Below are positions 13,841 through 26,350 of a DNA stretch of 64,000 bases, piece after piece (the first letter of the stretch is position 1; each line of letters begins with the position of its first letter). A program made the translations under genes and the position numbers. The notes under the pieces were generated by a model. That model saw nothing but the letters and a program-made list of their open reading frames with translations, was not told where the DNA came from and did no database searches. The stretch is from Lama glama (taxonomy: Eukaryota). The DNA is taken from positions 49,044,001 through 49,108,000 of the forward strand of contig CM052816.1 in assembly GCA_028534125.1 (NCBI GenBank). The letters run 5' to 3'.

Positions 13841-15154
13841 ACATTTTAAAAATTAATTCCAGTATTCAGCTTCTTGTCTTCTCAGTTAACTTGCTGGGGA
13901 AATATGAAGAGCTTACATGGTCACATGAATTCTTGGAAGGCAGATTTAAAGTCACAGCAGCACTAGGGCTATATGAATCTACAAATAAATGCACTTTTAT
14001 TCCTACCTTTGAACGATTTGTTTTAAAATTCAGGATTTATAGGGCAAAGATGATAAATATAACCAAGGTAACTGCTGGAGTTTCATTCTTTGACGTTCAG
14101 ATACAATTAGCTTGCTTTCATTCTAACATCCCTCAGAGTTATGGGGGAATGATGGAGGAGCAGGAACTTCACTTAATCACTGTTGATTCCAGGTAAATAG
14201 TTAGGCTTCATTTTCAGTTAGTTTTGTATATTGCCCTTTGCTTCCTTTCTCTTCTTTCTGTTCCATGTTGATCACACGTGGACAACAACCCACTTTCTTT
14301 TTATGTCCCTCAAACTCCATTTTCTACTGAAATTGTTTCGGATAAAGCAAAATAAAAATTAATGAGCACATTTTACAATAAAATATTACTTCATGATGGC
14401 ACATCTTCTGGATGTGAATAGACCAATACTTTTTGTCTGAACCAAGTCACTGGGAGAAGCAAAGTGGACATGAAAATAGGTGCAATGACTATGACTCAGG
14501 ATAGGAATATATAGATTTCAACATGTTTGTAAAGACCCATCCGACATTTTTTACTAGTTTTAGACACAGGTCTTTTTAGTTTAGTAGTTAGGCAGCAAGC
14601 AGTGAGAAACTGTTATTGGAAGCTAGAAAGATGATGATCTATGCTATGTATTGTTCATCCATTGCAAAATATTTAATATGTTTTAATTGTGATATTCTGG
14701 AAGGCAGATAATTAGGTGACCATATATTGCAGTTTGCTAATATAGCATATAGTTATTATGGTTGGGGAAAAAAAAAAAGAAACTCAGGCGTAGTCCTTTG
14801 AACAACATTTCTGAGCACACACCTAGAACCATGACTTGCATTCTTCTGGATATCAGAATTTTAAATGAACAAATTTTTTTTAAAAAGCTATAGGCTGAGC
14901 CTTAATGAATTTGTGATCTAGTTGGGCATACTAATTACAGTAAACAGAATTGTAAGATAAAAAATGAACAGTGGTCTGCATAATGGATGCAAATATATAG
15001 ACTTATTAGTCCCAAGGGAAAACTGCAATAGATATTGCAAGTCTCATTAGAACTATTCATTGATATTGTAGTTCTTTTTCTGGGGGGAGGAGCACATGAC
15101 AGGACTGCATTTCACTAACCTAATGAAGTTAAGTGTGGTCATGTCAATTATATG

Positions 15155-16085
15155 CGGGTGATTGATGGTGTTGTTGAGTTCCACTATATCCTTACTGATT
15201 TTCTACCTGCTGTCCATTTCTGAGGGAGGGGTGTTGAGGTCTTCAGTTATGATAGTGAATTCATCTATTTTTCTTTGCAATTTCTATTAGTTTTTGCCTG
15301 AAATATTTGATAATCTGTAATTAGGTGTATACATATTAAGAATTGTTATGTCTTCTTAGAGAACCGACCCTTTATTATTATGTGATGTCCTTCTTTATTC
15401 GTATTATTCTTGTTAACTTTCCTTGCTTTGAAGTCTGCTGTGTGTGAGATTAATATAGCCACTCCTGTTTTCTTTTGATTAGTGTTACCATGATATATCT
15501 TTCCCCAAACATTTACTTCTTATATGTGTCTTTATATATAAAGTGTGTTTCTTGCTGACAATATATAGTTGGGCCTTGATGTTTGATTTACTGTGAATCT
15601 GTCTTTTCATTGGTAGATTTACACCATTGCTGTTCAAAGTGATTATTGATATATCTGGATTAATACTACTACATTGATTACTGGTTTTTGTTTGTTGACC
15701 TTGTTCTTTGTTTCTGTTTTTATCTTCCACTCTTTTTATGCCTTTTCTGGTTTTAATTGAGCTTTTTATATAATTCTATTTTCTCTCTTTCCCTAGCATG
15801 TCAGTTATACTTCTTTTTTTTACTTTTTTCAGTGGTTGCTCTAGCAGTTGCAGTGTATGTTTATAACCAATCCAAACTGTCCTTTAAGTAATACTATACC
15901 ACTACACAGATAGCATGAGTACCCTATAATAATGAAATAATCCTAATTCCTCCCTCCAGTTTCTTATTATCATTACTGGAATTAATTTCACTTATGTATA
16001 ATCATTTATATGCATATATATACATATACATATGCACACATGAGATGCATACATAATTGTACAGTTTTGCTATTATTGTGAATGA
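15155..16085 (-). mobile_element. L1MC-type ORF1/ORF2 junction fragment
   Basis: Minus ORF 15485-15730 contains ISIITLNSNGVNLPMKRQ, the L1 ORF2p endonuclease N-terminus (ITLNVNGLN). Confidence 0.85.
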
Positions 16086-16973
16086 ATATTGGGTCACACA
16101 ACTGCAAAATGTAGCAAATGCAAAAAACAAGACAAAATATGAGAATATGAGTGTTTGGACATGGAAATGATTGAAGGTAAATAGAAGAGAATCCTACCAA
16201 CTATTTGAGAGATGTGTGCTGCGGAAGAAATCATGGGTAGAGAATAAAAAACAAGACCTAACATATTCCTTGGATCTAGTCACTTTTTGGCGAAACAACT
16301 CCACCTCTCACTTCATAGGTATCTAAGGAAGATATGGAAAAGAAAGAATTCTACTCGGTTGTAGTGCCTAGAACTATATATTTGAAACTAATGTGGAAAT
16401 CCTTGAATTTGATGCCATGACTAGAATAAAACTTTAGTTTGTTACCCCTTGGAAGAAAGTGAGTATATTTTTCACAAGCAAAAATGTGTACTGAGTACAT
16501 GATGATACATGGTTAGCCTGTGGCAGACATTATCTCATTCTAATTATCTCCCTCCCAAGCATTTGATAGTATTGAATTCTGTCTATATGAATTTCGACAT
16601 GGCTATATAACTTTCATTGGCCTATAAAATATTATTGGAAGTGACAAAACATTTTGTATATTCATACATAGTAAGATTTGTGTGCTTACGATATTATCTG
16701 TTTATTACAATTTCCTTGAACTGTCATTGCTAGATCTGAGGGAATGCCCATTATCATAGCATTAAATAAATATTGTCAAATCACTCTCCATAAAGAATAT
16801 ATTAACATAATACCATATACAGTGTATGGCAGTACCTATTTCACTGCATTATCTCTAATATTGCACTTCGTGTGTGATTGTGTGTGTAACATATCTTTAC
16901 CAAGGTAACACGCAGCACCATGATCTGATTTTCTCTAGGTATTTTTGTTCCCACTGTAATGAACATTTTTATT

Positions 16974-17024
16974 TGTGTGTGTGTGTGTGTGTGTGTGTGT
17001 ATTTGTTTTTATATATATATATAT
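16974..17024. repeat. (TG)n followed by (TA)n microsatellite
   Basis: Direct reading. Confidence 0.95.
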
Positions 17025-17084
17025 GGACCAGTTATATTTATTCTTTTGTGAATTGCTATGCTTTTGCTTTGTCTATTTTTCTAT

Positions 17085-17240
17085 CAAATAGTGTAGTTAA
17101 GAGCACACATTTTTACTGTGATGAGAGTCAAGTCTTTAATTTCCATCTCTGTATTGTAACAGATTATGTGGCCTTGGGTATTTTACTTAAAAGTTCTGTA
17201 AGTCTCATATCATGTCACTCAGAGAACTGGGGTGACAGAT
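17085..17240 (+). mobile_element. MIR SINE fragment
   Basis: agtgtagttaagagcaca...tatgtggccttgggta...cttaa...gtctca. Confidence 0.55.
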
Positions 17241-17269
17241 GATCAATTTTAATACATGATTCAGAGTCA

Positions 17270-18050
17270 CCAAAGCAGGGTAAAGGAAAATGGAAAATTG
17301 TATACTAGCTCTTAAAGCTTCCATCTGGAAATGTATTTATCACTTCTACTCAAATGTAGAGATCAAATATGTATAGAAAGCCACACTTTCTTTCAGAGTG
17401 GGGCAGGGATATACAGTCGTATCACATGTGAAAATTATTTCTGAACAGCCCCCATACCTACTGCAGTCTGCTTTTGTAATGTTCAATCAGGCTCAAAATC
17501 AAGAGTTTGTGGGTAACGTGCTCTAGTCTTTTGACAGTACGGTGATAGCTGTAGTGTCTACATCAGGTCTGGATGTGGACTCTCTAGAATCATATGCCTA
17601 TTTACTGTGCTTGCTTTGGCAGCACATATACATATACCTATTTACTAAAATGACAAGTTATCTATACCCCACTTATTCAGTATGAAGTAATAAACTAGTG
17701 TTCTTACCAAATTAAAAAAAGAGGGGCTCATTGAGATAGTGGGAAGATCTAAGACAAACAGTAGAAAGTAGAACGATGTAAGAAAACAGAATTTTCTCTG
17801 GAATTAGAAATATTATGAGTGTCTACTGCTCCGAGAGTAGTTATTGTTTGTTGATTAGCTTCTTGTCTGCTCTCTGGGATCAGTATCAATTTTTGTCTGA
17901 GACTCTGGCTCCTCCCACTCAAAACTTTTTCCCTTGGCCACATCCAAAACATACACTAAGCAATGCATCCTCCTTGGGGGCTGAACAGCATTTTCTAACC
18001 CTTATCAAACACATAGATAGAATAATCCAAGTGTTGTTTAATCCAGGCTA
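17270..18050 (-). mobile_element. MLT1 LTR fragment plus adjoining MaLR internal sequence
   Basis: agctcttaaagcttccatctggaaatg...cacttctactca is LTR-like; catcaggtctggatgtggactct...actaaaatgacaagttatct is MLT-int-like. Confidence 0.5.
17607..17631 (+). pseudogene. RNU6: Tailless, 3'-truncated U6 snRNA retropseudogene (U6 nt 1-25)
   Basis: gtgcttgctttggcagcacatatac versus U6 GTGCTCGCTTCGGCAGCACATATAC: two differences, both CpG>TpG. Flanked by TSD catatgcctatttact (17591-17606) and catatacctatttact (17631-17646). Confidence 0.9.
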
Positions 18051-18604
18051 ATGTTACTATTGACACTAAGATTCACATTATCTGAAATTTTGTTGGCTCC
18101 TTAAATATTTGATCATAGATAGCTGTATATGTCAAAAGACAACCCACAATTTCTTTCTAGACAGAATTCTCATGTTTGGTATATTTCTTTTTCCCGTACC
18201 TTTATCCTATTCTTCTTTCCCTCTCCTCTTCTTCCCCCACTCTCTCTAATGTAATTTGAGTTCAGCATGTCAGGTTTTGATGATACACACATATATGCAC
18301 ACACATTCTCTTTTTTTAAAACCTTTTACATAACTGAAAGGTGCAACAAAATGATTGGACCTTTATTCTGAAATTCATTAGTCCATTCAGAATTTTTAAT
18401 AACTCCTATGAAAGCCTTATTCATGATTTAATCCCTCTGTATGATTTCATCTTAATCAGCTTTCATAGCTCAATAGTCTTATCAATATATCTATCCATCT
18501 ATCTGTCTATCTGTAGGTCTACTTATTTACCTATTTTCTCAATTGTGGTTGAGAAGCCATATCTTCTTCATACTGACAAGTGACTTTTCTCCCATACGTG
18601 TATA

Positions 18605-18712
18605 ATATTTAATAATGAGGGAAACTGGGTATAAGGAATATAGGAACTCTTTATGCTATGTTTGCTTTTTCTGAAAATCTAAACATGTTCTAAAATAAAA
18701 ATGTTATAAAAT
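18605..18712 (+). mobile_element. L1MC/MD 3' terminal fragment
   Basis: aataatgagggaaactgggtataaggaatataggaactctttatgctat...aaatctaaacatgttctaaaataaaa. Confidence 0.7.
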
Positions 18713-19149
18713 ATGTTATACCCCAAATAGGGAATATATATTTATCTTAAAATAAAAATTTTAATAGTGATCTTGCTATTTTTCCTAGGTTTACAAAAAA
18801 TAAAAGCAATATTTGACGGTTGCCCGGCAGTTTCAATACATTTCCTTTAGAGCTAAGTTACCCAGTTTTATAGGATAAATAGATAAACTTTACCACATAC
18901 TCATTGTCTCTTCAGTTCACTCTGTGCTATGTAAATACAGCAGACATGCACTGGTACTGACTAGCCATAGTTAATTTTTAGTAAGTAGTTTAAATACACG
19001 TGTTACAGAATTAAAAATTAGATTCAATCATGTTATCTCCCTAGAAAATATCTTATAATTTTTTTACCATCCTGTATTTCTCTGTAGACCCATTTTAATT
19101 GTCCCTTAAATATTTTGCATTATTATTTATTTAGTGCTATCCATCTTTT

Positions 19150-19265
19150 AAAATTTTGAGCACCCTAAATATAAGGACATCTTGTGACCAGTATATTTCT
19201 AATATCTGATCGAGTGCCTGGCACTGAGTAAGCACCCATATGTAGTATTGAATGATGGATTGTTA
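19150..19265 (+). mobile_element. L2 3' end
   Basis: gagtgcctggcactgagtaagcaccca...tattgaatgatggattg. Confidence 0.6.
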
Positions 19266-21250
19266 ACTAAATTAGCATGAGTTCTATTTATGGAATTCTA
19301 TTCCATTAGATTGGGAAAGATGGGCTTGCTTGGATATCTGCTTTCTGCACTGCTGCCATAACGTAATGACTGGAATTGGGGAATCATTATCTTTAAAGAA
19401 GATTTAATTTTTTTAAAGTTTGTGAAATGATGACAAAGTGATAACCTATCTTAAAGAAAGGGGAAATTATTAGATATTTGGGGCAAAACAGCAGCCAAAA
19501 CTGGGGCTTCCTGACAGACTACATACAAATACAAATTTAGAGAATCTACTACATTTCCAGGCCTATATATTGGGAGAGAGGAGTTCTAATCCTGAGGCTT
19601 CTATCAGACAGAGTGGTGGGAAACTGCGAAAATGAGGTGGGAAGGAGAGAGACAAGGACCCAATTAACTAGTAGAAGGAAGGAAAGGACTAGCAGAATAT
19701 AAAGGGGGGAGGCATGTAGGACAAGGTGGTGAAAATATCCTAAATTTCAGGTTGTAATGTCAACTGACACTGTGTTTAAAGATTTGTTTTTGTTTTTCTT
19801 TACAACACATAGTTGTAATTTTGGTCTTTTGTGTTTTGTTGGTGGTGTCCTTTGTGTGTTTCTTTGTTTTTTGTGTTTTTGTATTTTCACAACCCATCCT
19901 TCATGCTGAATAATGGAACATTTATAAGATGAATGGATTCCATAAGAGAAAGGACAATCTGCTAATACCTGGGTGTTCATTCTTACTGTTGTAGTCAAGC
20001 TGGATTGAGGGCAGAGCAGGATGAGGCTGAGGTAAAGGGCAGGTGTTAATCAGTTTGCTGTGCTGCCTTGATGCCCCTGCCTCTTCTATGAGATAATCTC
20101 ACAGGATCCTGACTGTGCAAGTGCTCTTGGAAGGGGAATGGCTGAGTTTTCCTAATTCTTGCTACCACTTTCTGTTCTCTTTTTTGTTTTACTACATGTA
20201 GCTGCCTCTGGGTGCTGCTGCTTGAAGTTCCCCATCCACTTTCACCTACCTTTGGGTCTGAAGATCATTGGTCCCATGATAATTGTAGGAAGATGGTTAG
20301 ATCACTACAACCTCTCCCTTTATGACCAAGCTTGTTTTGAGTATTTTATACTTAGGTGCCTCCCACAAACACAGCAAGTAGGATTTCAAAATTATCCTGT
20401 ATTTGGGCTTGGAAATCCTTCAAGTTCTTACTGTTGAATCCCTTGCCCTTATACTCTGTATTGTGTTCTTTCTACTGAAAACTCATCATTTTGAAACCCA
20501 CTTCCATTTAGACCAAACATATTTTATAAGATCTATTTTTAGTCTTCTTTCAAATGCTCATATTCATCTTACCTCAGAAGTTTCATTTTACTAGTTCAGT
20601 TCTCTTCTCTGTCAATTAAAAATATATTTTGTGTCTATGTACAATGTTGTCTCATTATGTCTTCTCAGTTACTTTCAGAGAGCTGTAGTAAAATTTAGGT
20701 TAATATTTCAGAGGTAAGAAAATGAGACTGAGTCTAGACATGACAGTAGTCACTGGATCCTATAGTATTTGCTCTGTATTTTTGAGTATTTTTTAAAGTG
20801 TTACATATTTATTTTTATTTTCCCTTCAATCTTCTGTTATCTGGGAGAAACCTGTTACCACTGTAGTTCTGAGTCTTCAAGGCTTAGCTCAGTTTGCTAA
20901 ATTTAAAGATTCAGAAACTATAGCCTTAAATACACTGCTGTAGTTACATTCTGTTATTCATAATCGTCTAAATTAGTTTAAACTCATATTAATAAAAAAA
21001 TCTATAAAAATGATTAGATTGTATAATAGAATTATTTATACATAGGAGAGCTTTTTATGATACAGCTTTTATGGCATTAGTTTATTTTCAATAATCTATT
21101 GATATTTCTGTTAATAATTTACTACTAAATCTTAATTAAGGTCTGAATGAATTATTTTATTAAAATTTAGCAGAGCTAGCAGGTATTTTCTTTTGTAGTA
21201 AATATTTATTAAAAATAAAGTTTTTGTTATTGTTGTTAAACCTGAACTGT

Positions 21251-21293
21251 GTGCAAAAATTCTAGCAAGCTTGCATGTGTAGAATTTTTGCAC
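21251..21293. repeat. Perfect 14-bp inverted repeat with 15-nt spacer
   Basis: gtgcaaaaattcta (21251-21264) and tagaatttttgcac (21280-21293). Confidence 0.95.
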
Positions 21294-21559
21294 CTAAATT
21301 TAGGTTGCTGAGGACAGAAGTTGAAATAGAGCAGGATCATTGACCTGACTATAACCAAGTAGTTCAGAGCATCAAGACTCACAGGAAATGAAAAAGTTGA
21401 ATATATTTTGTGTAGGTCCTTCTATGTAAAGAATCCTAGTAAGGTTGTCAGGATGTGTTAGCAGAAGTCTAGGAGCCAACTACAGAGCCAAATAGCACTC
21501 ACTGAAATTGAGCAGAAATAATAGCAGCTTTCTGTCAATCAACCATTCACAATAAACAA

Positions 21560-21735
21560 GCTGGTATATTATGGAAATTAAAACTACAGTGAGATACCAC
21601 TTCACAAACACAAGAATTGTTATAATCCAAAAGACAATAACTGTTGTTGGTGTGGTTGTAGAGGAATGTAAATCCACATGAATTGTTGGGGAGAATGTAA
21701 AGGAGTAGCCTTTTACAAAATCAAATATTATATTA
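21560..21735 (+). mobile_element. L1 ORF2 C-terminal fragment
   Basis: gaaattaaaactacagtgagataccacttcaca...aagacaataactgttgttgg...gagaatgtaaa. Confidence 0.7.
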
Positions 21736-22699
21736 ACCATAATGTCTTGCTCTTAAGAGAGTGATTGGGATGTGCTAACCTAGCTAGAAGAGGCAAGAAT
21801 CCTTGTTAGTTGGGCATGGGACAAGAGTAATTCCTATGCAAGCAAAAAATGAGATGTGAGGCAAGGAAGCTAAGCAAAATCCTGACCACTTGGAGTGACT
21901 AAGAAGTAGATGAGAAGAAGCATGTATTTCTGTGTGCCTGCAAGATTCATGCAAACTCAACAAGAGCTCAATGTGTAACCCTAAGACAAATAACTCATGC
22001 AAAGATCTAGTGCCAGGAGGGACTGAGCATGCTTGTGAATAGCAAGATGACTACAGATGACAGACACTGATACTTGGTTCTTAAACAGAATAATAGAATT
22101 TAAAATAACTAGAATTTTAAAAGCAATGTGCAATGGGTGGTATAAATAAACTGCTGCAAAATAAGTGGATATCTAAATGAATCTGGAGAATTGTGATCCA
22201 CTTACACAATACTTCAAAAGATAGAGAACCAAAAAACTCCAAGACATTATTTAGATACAGATATAACATATTAATTCACATGACATATCCCTTCTTTTTT
22301 TCTTTCCTTTCTTTCTTCTTTTTTTGGAGGTTTTAACAATTCTTTGAATTTTATTTGTTGCAGAAACTTTGAGTTAATCATTGTTCATTGTCATCATTAG
22401 TCAACATAAACTCTTTCTCTATTTCTTACTTTATTTTCCCTTCATTTAAAATCTTCATTCTTTTTTTTTCTCCTGTAATTGTCTAGGAATCCCTTCCCTG
22501 TGTCTTAGATGTGTCCCTACATAAATGTGAAAAGTGTAAATCAGGCAAAATTTGAAGGCTAGGGAAACCTACATAATGCCAAGGAGAAATGACTGGTTTG
22601 AACTGTGTGTTGTGTAGGATTAAAAAAAAAAAAATCTTTAAAGTATTCCCGTAACCACAAGAGCCTTCTCATTTGGATTTTAAGAACAGACAAAATGAA

Positions 22700-22985
22700 A
22701 ATTAATCAAGACTTAAGAATAATAAATATAAAATTAATATTCAATTCAAAGAGTGGTTACACAGGAAATTAGACACATGAAAATAGACTAGAATTCAGTG
22801 TGGTAGAGGAGGAAAGGAAGGAAAGAGAAGGAGAGAAAGAGTAGTAAATATGGAGGAGGATAAAAAGCACTAATGGAGATCAAATTGAAATTCCAGAGGA
22901 GCTGCTAGAGAAGAGATGATGCACAATATTCAAAAAGAAAATGGATGAGTATTCTGCAGAATTAATAATTAATGAATGATGTGAC
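22700..22985 (+). mobile_element. Ancient L1 ORF1-like fragment
   Basis: A-rich text with gaaattccagagg...caatattcaaaaagaaaatggatgagtattctgcagaatta. Confidence 0.45.
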
Positions 22986-22999
22986 TGTGGGATTGTTAC

Positions 23000-24414
23000 T
23001 TTCAAGTTTATTGAGGCATAATTTATTTATAATAAATCCATCTATTGTACGTGTACTGGTTGATGAGATTTTATATATACGTACACTCCTATGCAACCAT
23101 ATAGACCATTTCTGTCAGTCCAAAAGGTGCCCTTGTGGCCATTCTCAGTTATTCCAACACCACCCCTACCACTCTCTGCTCCAGGCAACTATATAGGTTA
23201 GCTTTCTCTTTCTGTATATTTGCTTTATCTTTTCTAATGTTTCATAAAAACTGAAACATAGTATAAACCTTTTTGTATCTGACTTCTTTTAATCTGCATA
23301 ACATTTTTGAGATTCATCCAAACTGTGTATAAGTAGTTGGTTATTTTTTATTGTTGAATAGCACTCCACTGTGAGTGCACATGCATACACGCACACATAG
23401 ACACACACACATTTATTTGTATATTCACCTATTGATGGACATTTGAGATGTTTTTAGTTTCTGGCTGTTGAGAGTAAGAAACTATGTTTTTGCTTCTCTT
23501 GAATGGAGTTGCCGGGTTGTATGTGTAAATTTACAAAAAACTGACAAATTGTTTTCCAAAGGCTTGTTTCCATTTTACTCTTCTTTGTCAGCATTTGGTA
23601 CTATATAATTTTAATTTTTTTTATTATTGTGTGTGTGTAGCTGTATCTTACTTTGATTTTAATTCTCCTTCTCTTGATAACTAATGATGCTGAATATCTT
23701 TCCACGTGCTTAATGGCTAGCTTTATATCTTTTGCAGAGTATCTCTTAAAATCATTTAGTCATTTTTAAATTCTTATTTAAGTTGGTAATTTTAAATTTA
23801 TTTCTCCTTTTAACTATTGTTTTAAGACTTGTAAATATATATTCTTGAAAATGATCCTTTGTCATATTTATATAATGAATGTTATTTACTTCTGGTCTAA
23901 TAACCAATTTTATTCCTTTAATTTGCCACTGTCTAGCAAATGTTTTTATCTTGGTAAGATACAATTTATAAATTTTCCTTTTATGGTTTGCGATTTGTCT
24001 GTCCTATACATGGTATCTTTGCTTACTCCAAAGTCACAAAGATTTTCTTATGGAACATTTTATTTTCTTGTAGAAATTTCATAGTTTTACACTTTAATTT
24101 TAGGTATATGAATAGTTCAAATTAAATTTTGTATGTGGTGTGACATAAATATTAAGTTATTTTTTAAAAAATATGGATATCCAGTTTTTCCAATACCTTG
24201 ACATCATTTTCAATCATAAATTGTCCATATGGTTTATCTTCAACATTTCTGTATTGTTAGCTACTGTCCTATATGTATATTCTCATGTGAACTGTTGTTA
24301 TTACTGTGTTTTTCCAGTAAGTCTCAAAATTAGGTAATGCAGATCTTCTACTTTATCCTCCACCAAAAAAAGTAAAAAGAAAAGAAAAGAAAAGAAAATG
24401 GTTTGGCTTTTCTT

Positions 24415-24457
<43 letters not shown>

Positions 24458-25270
24458 TTTTGGTTTGGCTTTTCTTGATTCTTTGCATATTGACATGAAA
24501 TATTTACACCATCTTTGTAATTTCTCCAGAATTCCTTCTTAGATTTTATTTGGGATTATATTTAATCTATTAATTAGTTTGGGAAGAATTTCAAACTTAA
24601 CAGTGTTCTACAACTTCTTACCCAAACACATGGTAGATCTTACAGTTTGTTTAGGTCTTGTTTAATATCTCTCAACAATGTTTATAGCTTTAAGTGCCTA
24701 GGATCTTGCATAGATTTTCCTAAACTTATCGCTATTTCATGTTTTGAGATGCTATTATAAATGGTATTATCTTGAATCTTTAAGCTACAGTTTTTATTGT
24801 TAATATATAGAAATGTAATTGGTTTTTTAATGAATTGTATCACCAAACTAACTCACTTATGAGTTTTAGAAGTTGTTTTGTGGTTCCTTATGATTGTCTA
24901 TGTGCATAATTGTGTCGTTTGTAAAGAAAGACAATTTTTGTTTTGATTTCCAAATGCAAGCCTTTTATATCATTTCTTTGCCTAATTGCACTTGTTAGAG
25001 CCTCAAGAACAATGTTAAATAGAAGTAGAATTAGTGGATATCTTTCCTTTTCCCAATATTATAGGGAAAGCATGTAATCATTCACCATTAAGAGTAATGT
25101 TAGTTGTAATTTTCTTGTTTTGTTTTTGTATTTTTCCACAATGCTCTTTATCAGATTGAAGACATTTTTCTCCTTTCCTTGTGTTCTTACTATTTAAAAC
25201 AATTCATAAATAGTCAGTGAATATTGATTAATATATTTCTTCTGAGTATTGAGATGACCATATTGGTTTT
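23000..25270 (-). mobile_element. L1M (MC/MD/ME-age) 3'UTR and ORF2, 5'-truncated
   Basis: Begins agtttattgaggcataattt (antisense L1 3' end) and continues through typical antisense ORF2 (ttattgatggacatttg..., caatgttaaatagaagtag..., tcaccattaagagtaatgttag). Confidence 0.85.
24415..24460 (-). repeat. (TTTA)n array flanked by a 16-bp perfect direct repeat (tail-only retroinsertion)
   Basis: tggtttggcttttctt at 24399-24414 and 24461-24476. Confidence 0.85.
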
Positions 25271-25289
25271 ACCCTTACGAGTTTTCAGA

Positions 25290-26350
25290 TTTTATGTCAC
25301 TATTTATCCTAGCAAAGATAAATAAAATTAGTCCATATCAAGCTAGACATAACAAAGAGACAATTTAGTGTACCAAAAAATTACCCTCCCCCCAAAAAAA
25401 AGATCTGACAAGCAAAGAGAATGAAGAGATTATATATGGGGAATTCACACACAGGACATATCTTAGTAGTAAATATGTGAAGAGAGCAGAGTGAAATCCA
25501 GCTTCAAAATGCTCAGAGAAAATAACTACCAATTTACTCTTTCCAGACAAGATAGTCTTTTTTATGGTCAAGATTAAAATACAGACTAAAAACTAACAAA
25601 AAAATTCTGAAGCGTGTCTTCAGAAAAGAGGACAATAGAAAAAGATACCTAAAGTTGTTCTAAAGTGCGTAATAAATGTAAGAAAGAAGGATAAACATGA
25701 ATTGAATACCAACAACAGTAAAACACTAACATAATTATGTCTAATTGTTGAAGTAAAAATGCAAACAAGGTAAACTTAACACAGAATAAGGGTAAGCATG
25801 GTTCACAGAAGCATTTAAGGTTGTATTTTTCAGGAGGCGGGAAGTGATTGTAATTATCTTTGAACATGTGTGAATGAATATGCATTTAAAAATTTTAGCA
25901 ACACAATTGATAGAAATAGGATATAGCTTTCAAGCTGGCAGAAGAAAAAGTGAAATAAAAACTCAGTCTTTTTTAAATATGCAGAAAGAAGAAAAATTGA
26001 AGCATATCAAGATTTCAGAAAAAAGTAGAAAAAGAAAACATAAAATAGAAAAAATGAATTAAGACATTAATAAGTCTACATTTAACAGTAATAAAGTGAT
26101 TAAAAACTAGAAAAATCATTAAAATTAGCTATGTTTTCTTTCAAAAGAAGCACTATAAAAATGAAAACAAACAAAGATATTTTAAAAAGTTATAAAAACT
26201 ATGGCAAATGAAACAATCAATTCAGTGTTTATGAATGACTGTAAGGAAAACAAAAAAGGAAACAAAACAAATAAAACAAATAAATGAAAATAAGGTTTCT
26301 ACTTTACTGTTAAAGAAAAGATTTAACATCACATGTTTATGTCCTAATTG
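25290..26350 (+). mobile_element. Highly degenerate ancient L1 (ORF1 to ORF2 start)
   Basis: A-rich strand with ORF1-like ttcaaaatgctcagagaaaataactacc...ccagacaagatagtc; probably the continuation of 22700-22985. Confidence 0.45.

Noticed and set aside
15020..16640. Possible old ERVL/MaLR LTR pieces flanking the L1MC fragment
   Set aside because: Only short motif resemblance; boundaries and family could not be supported.
19440..19530. Possible MER94/MER81-like hAT remnant
   Set aside because: Similarity is too weak to call by eye, and no intact terminal repeats are visible.
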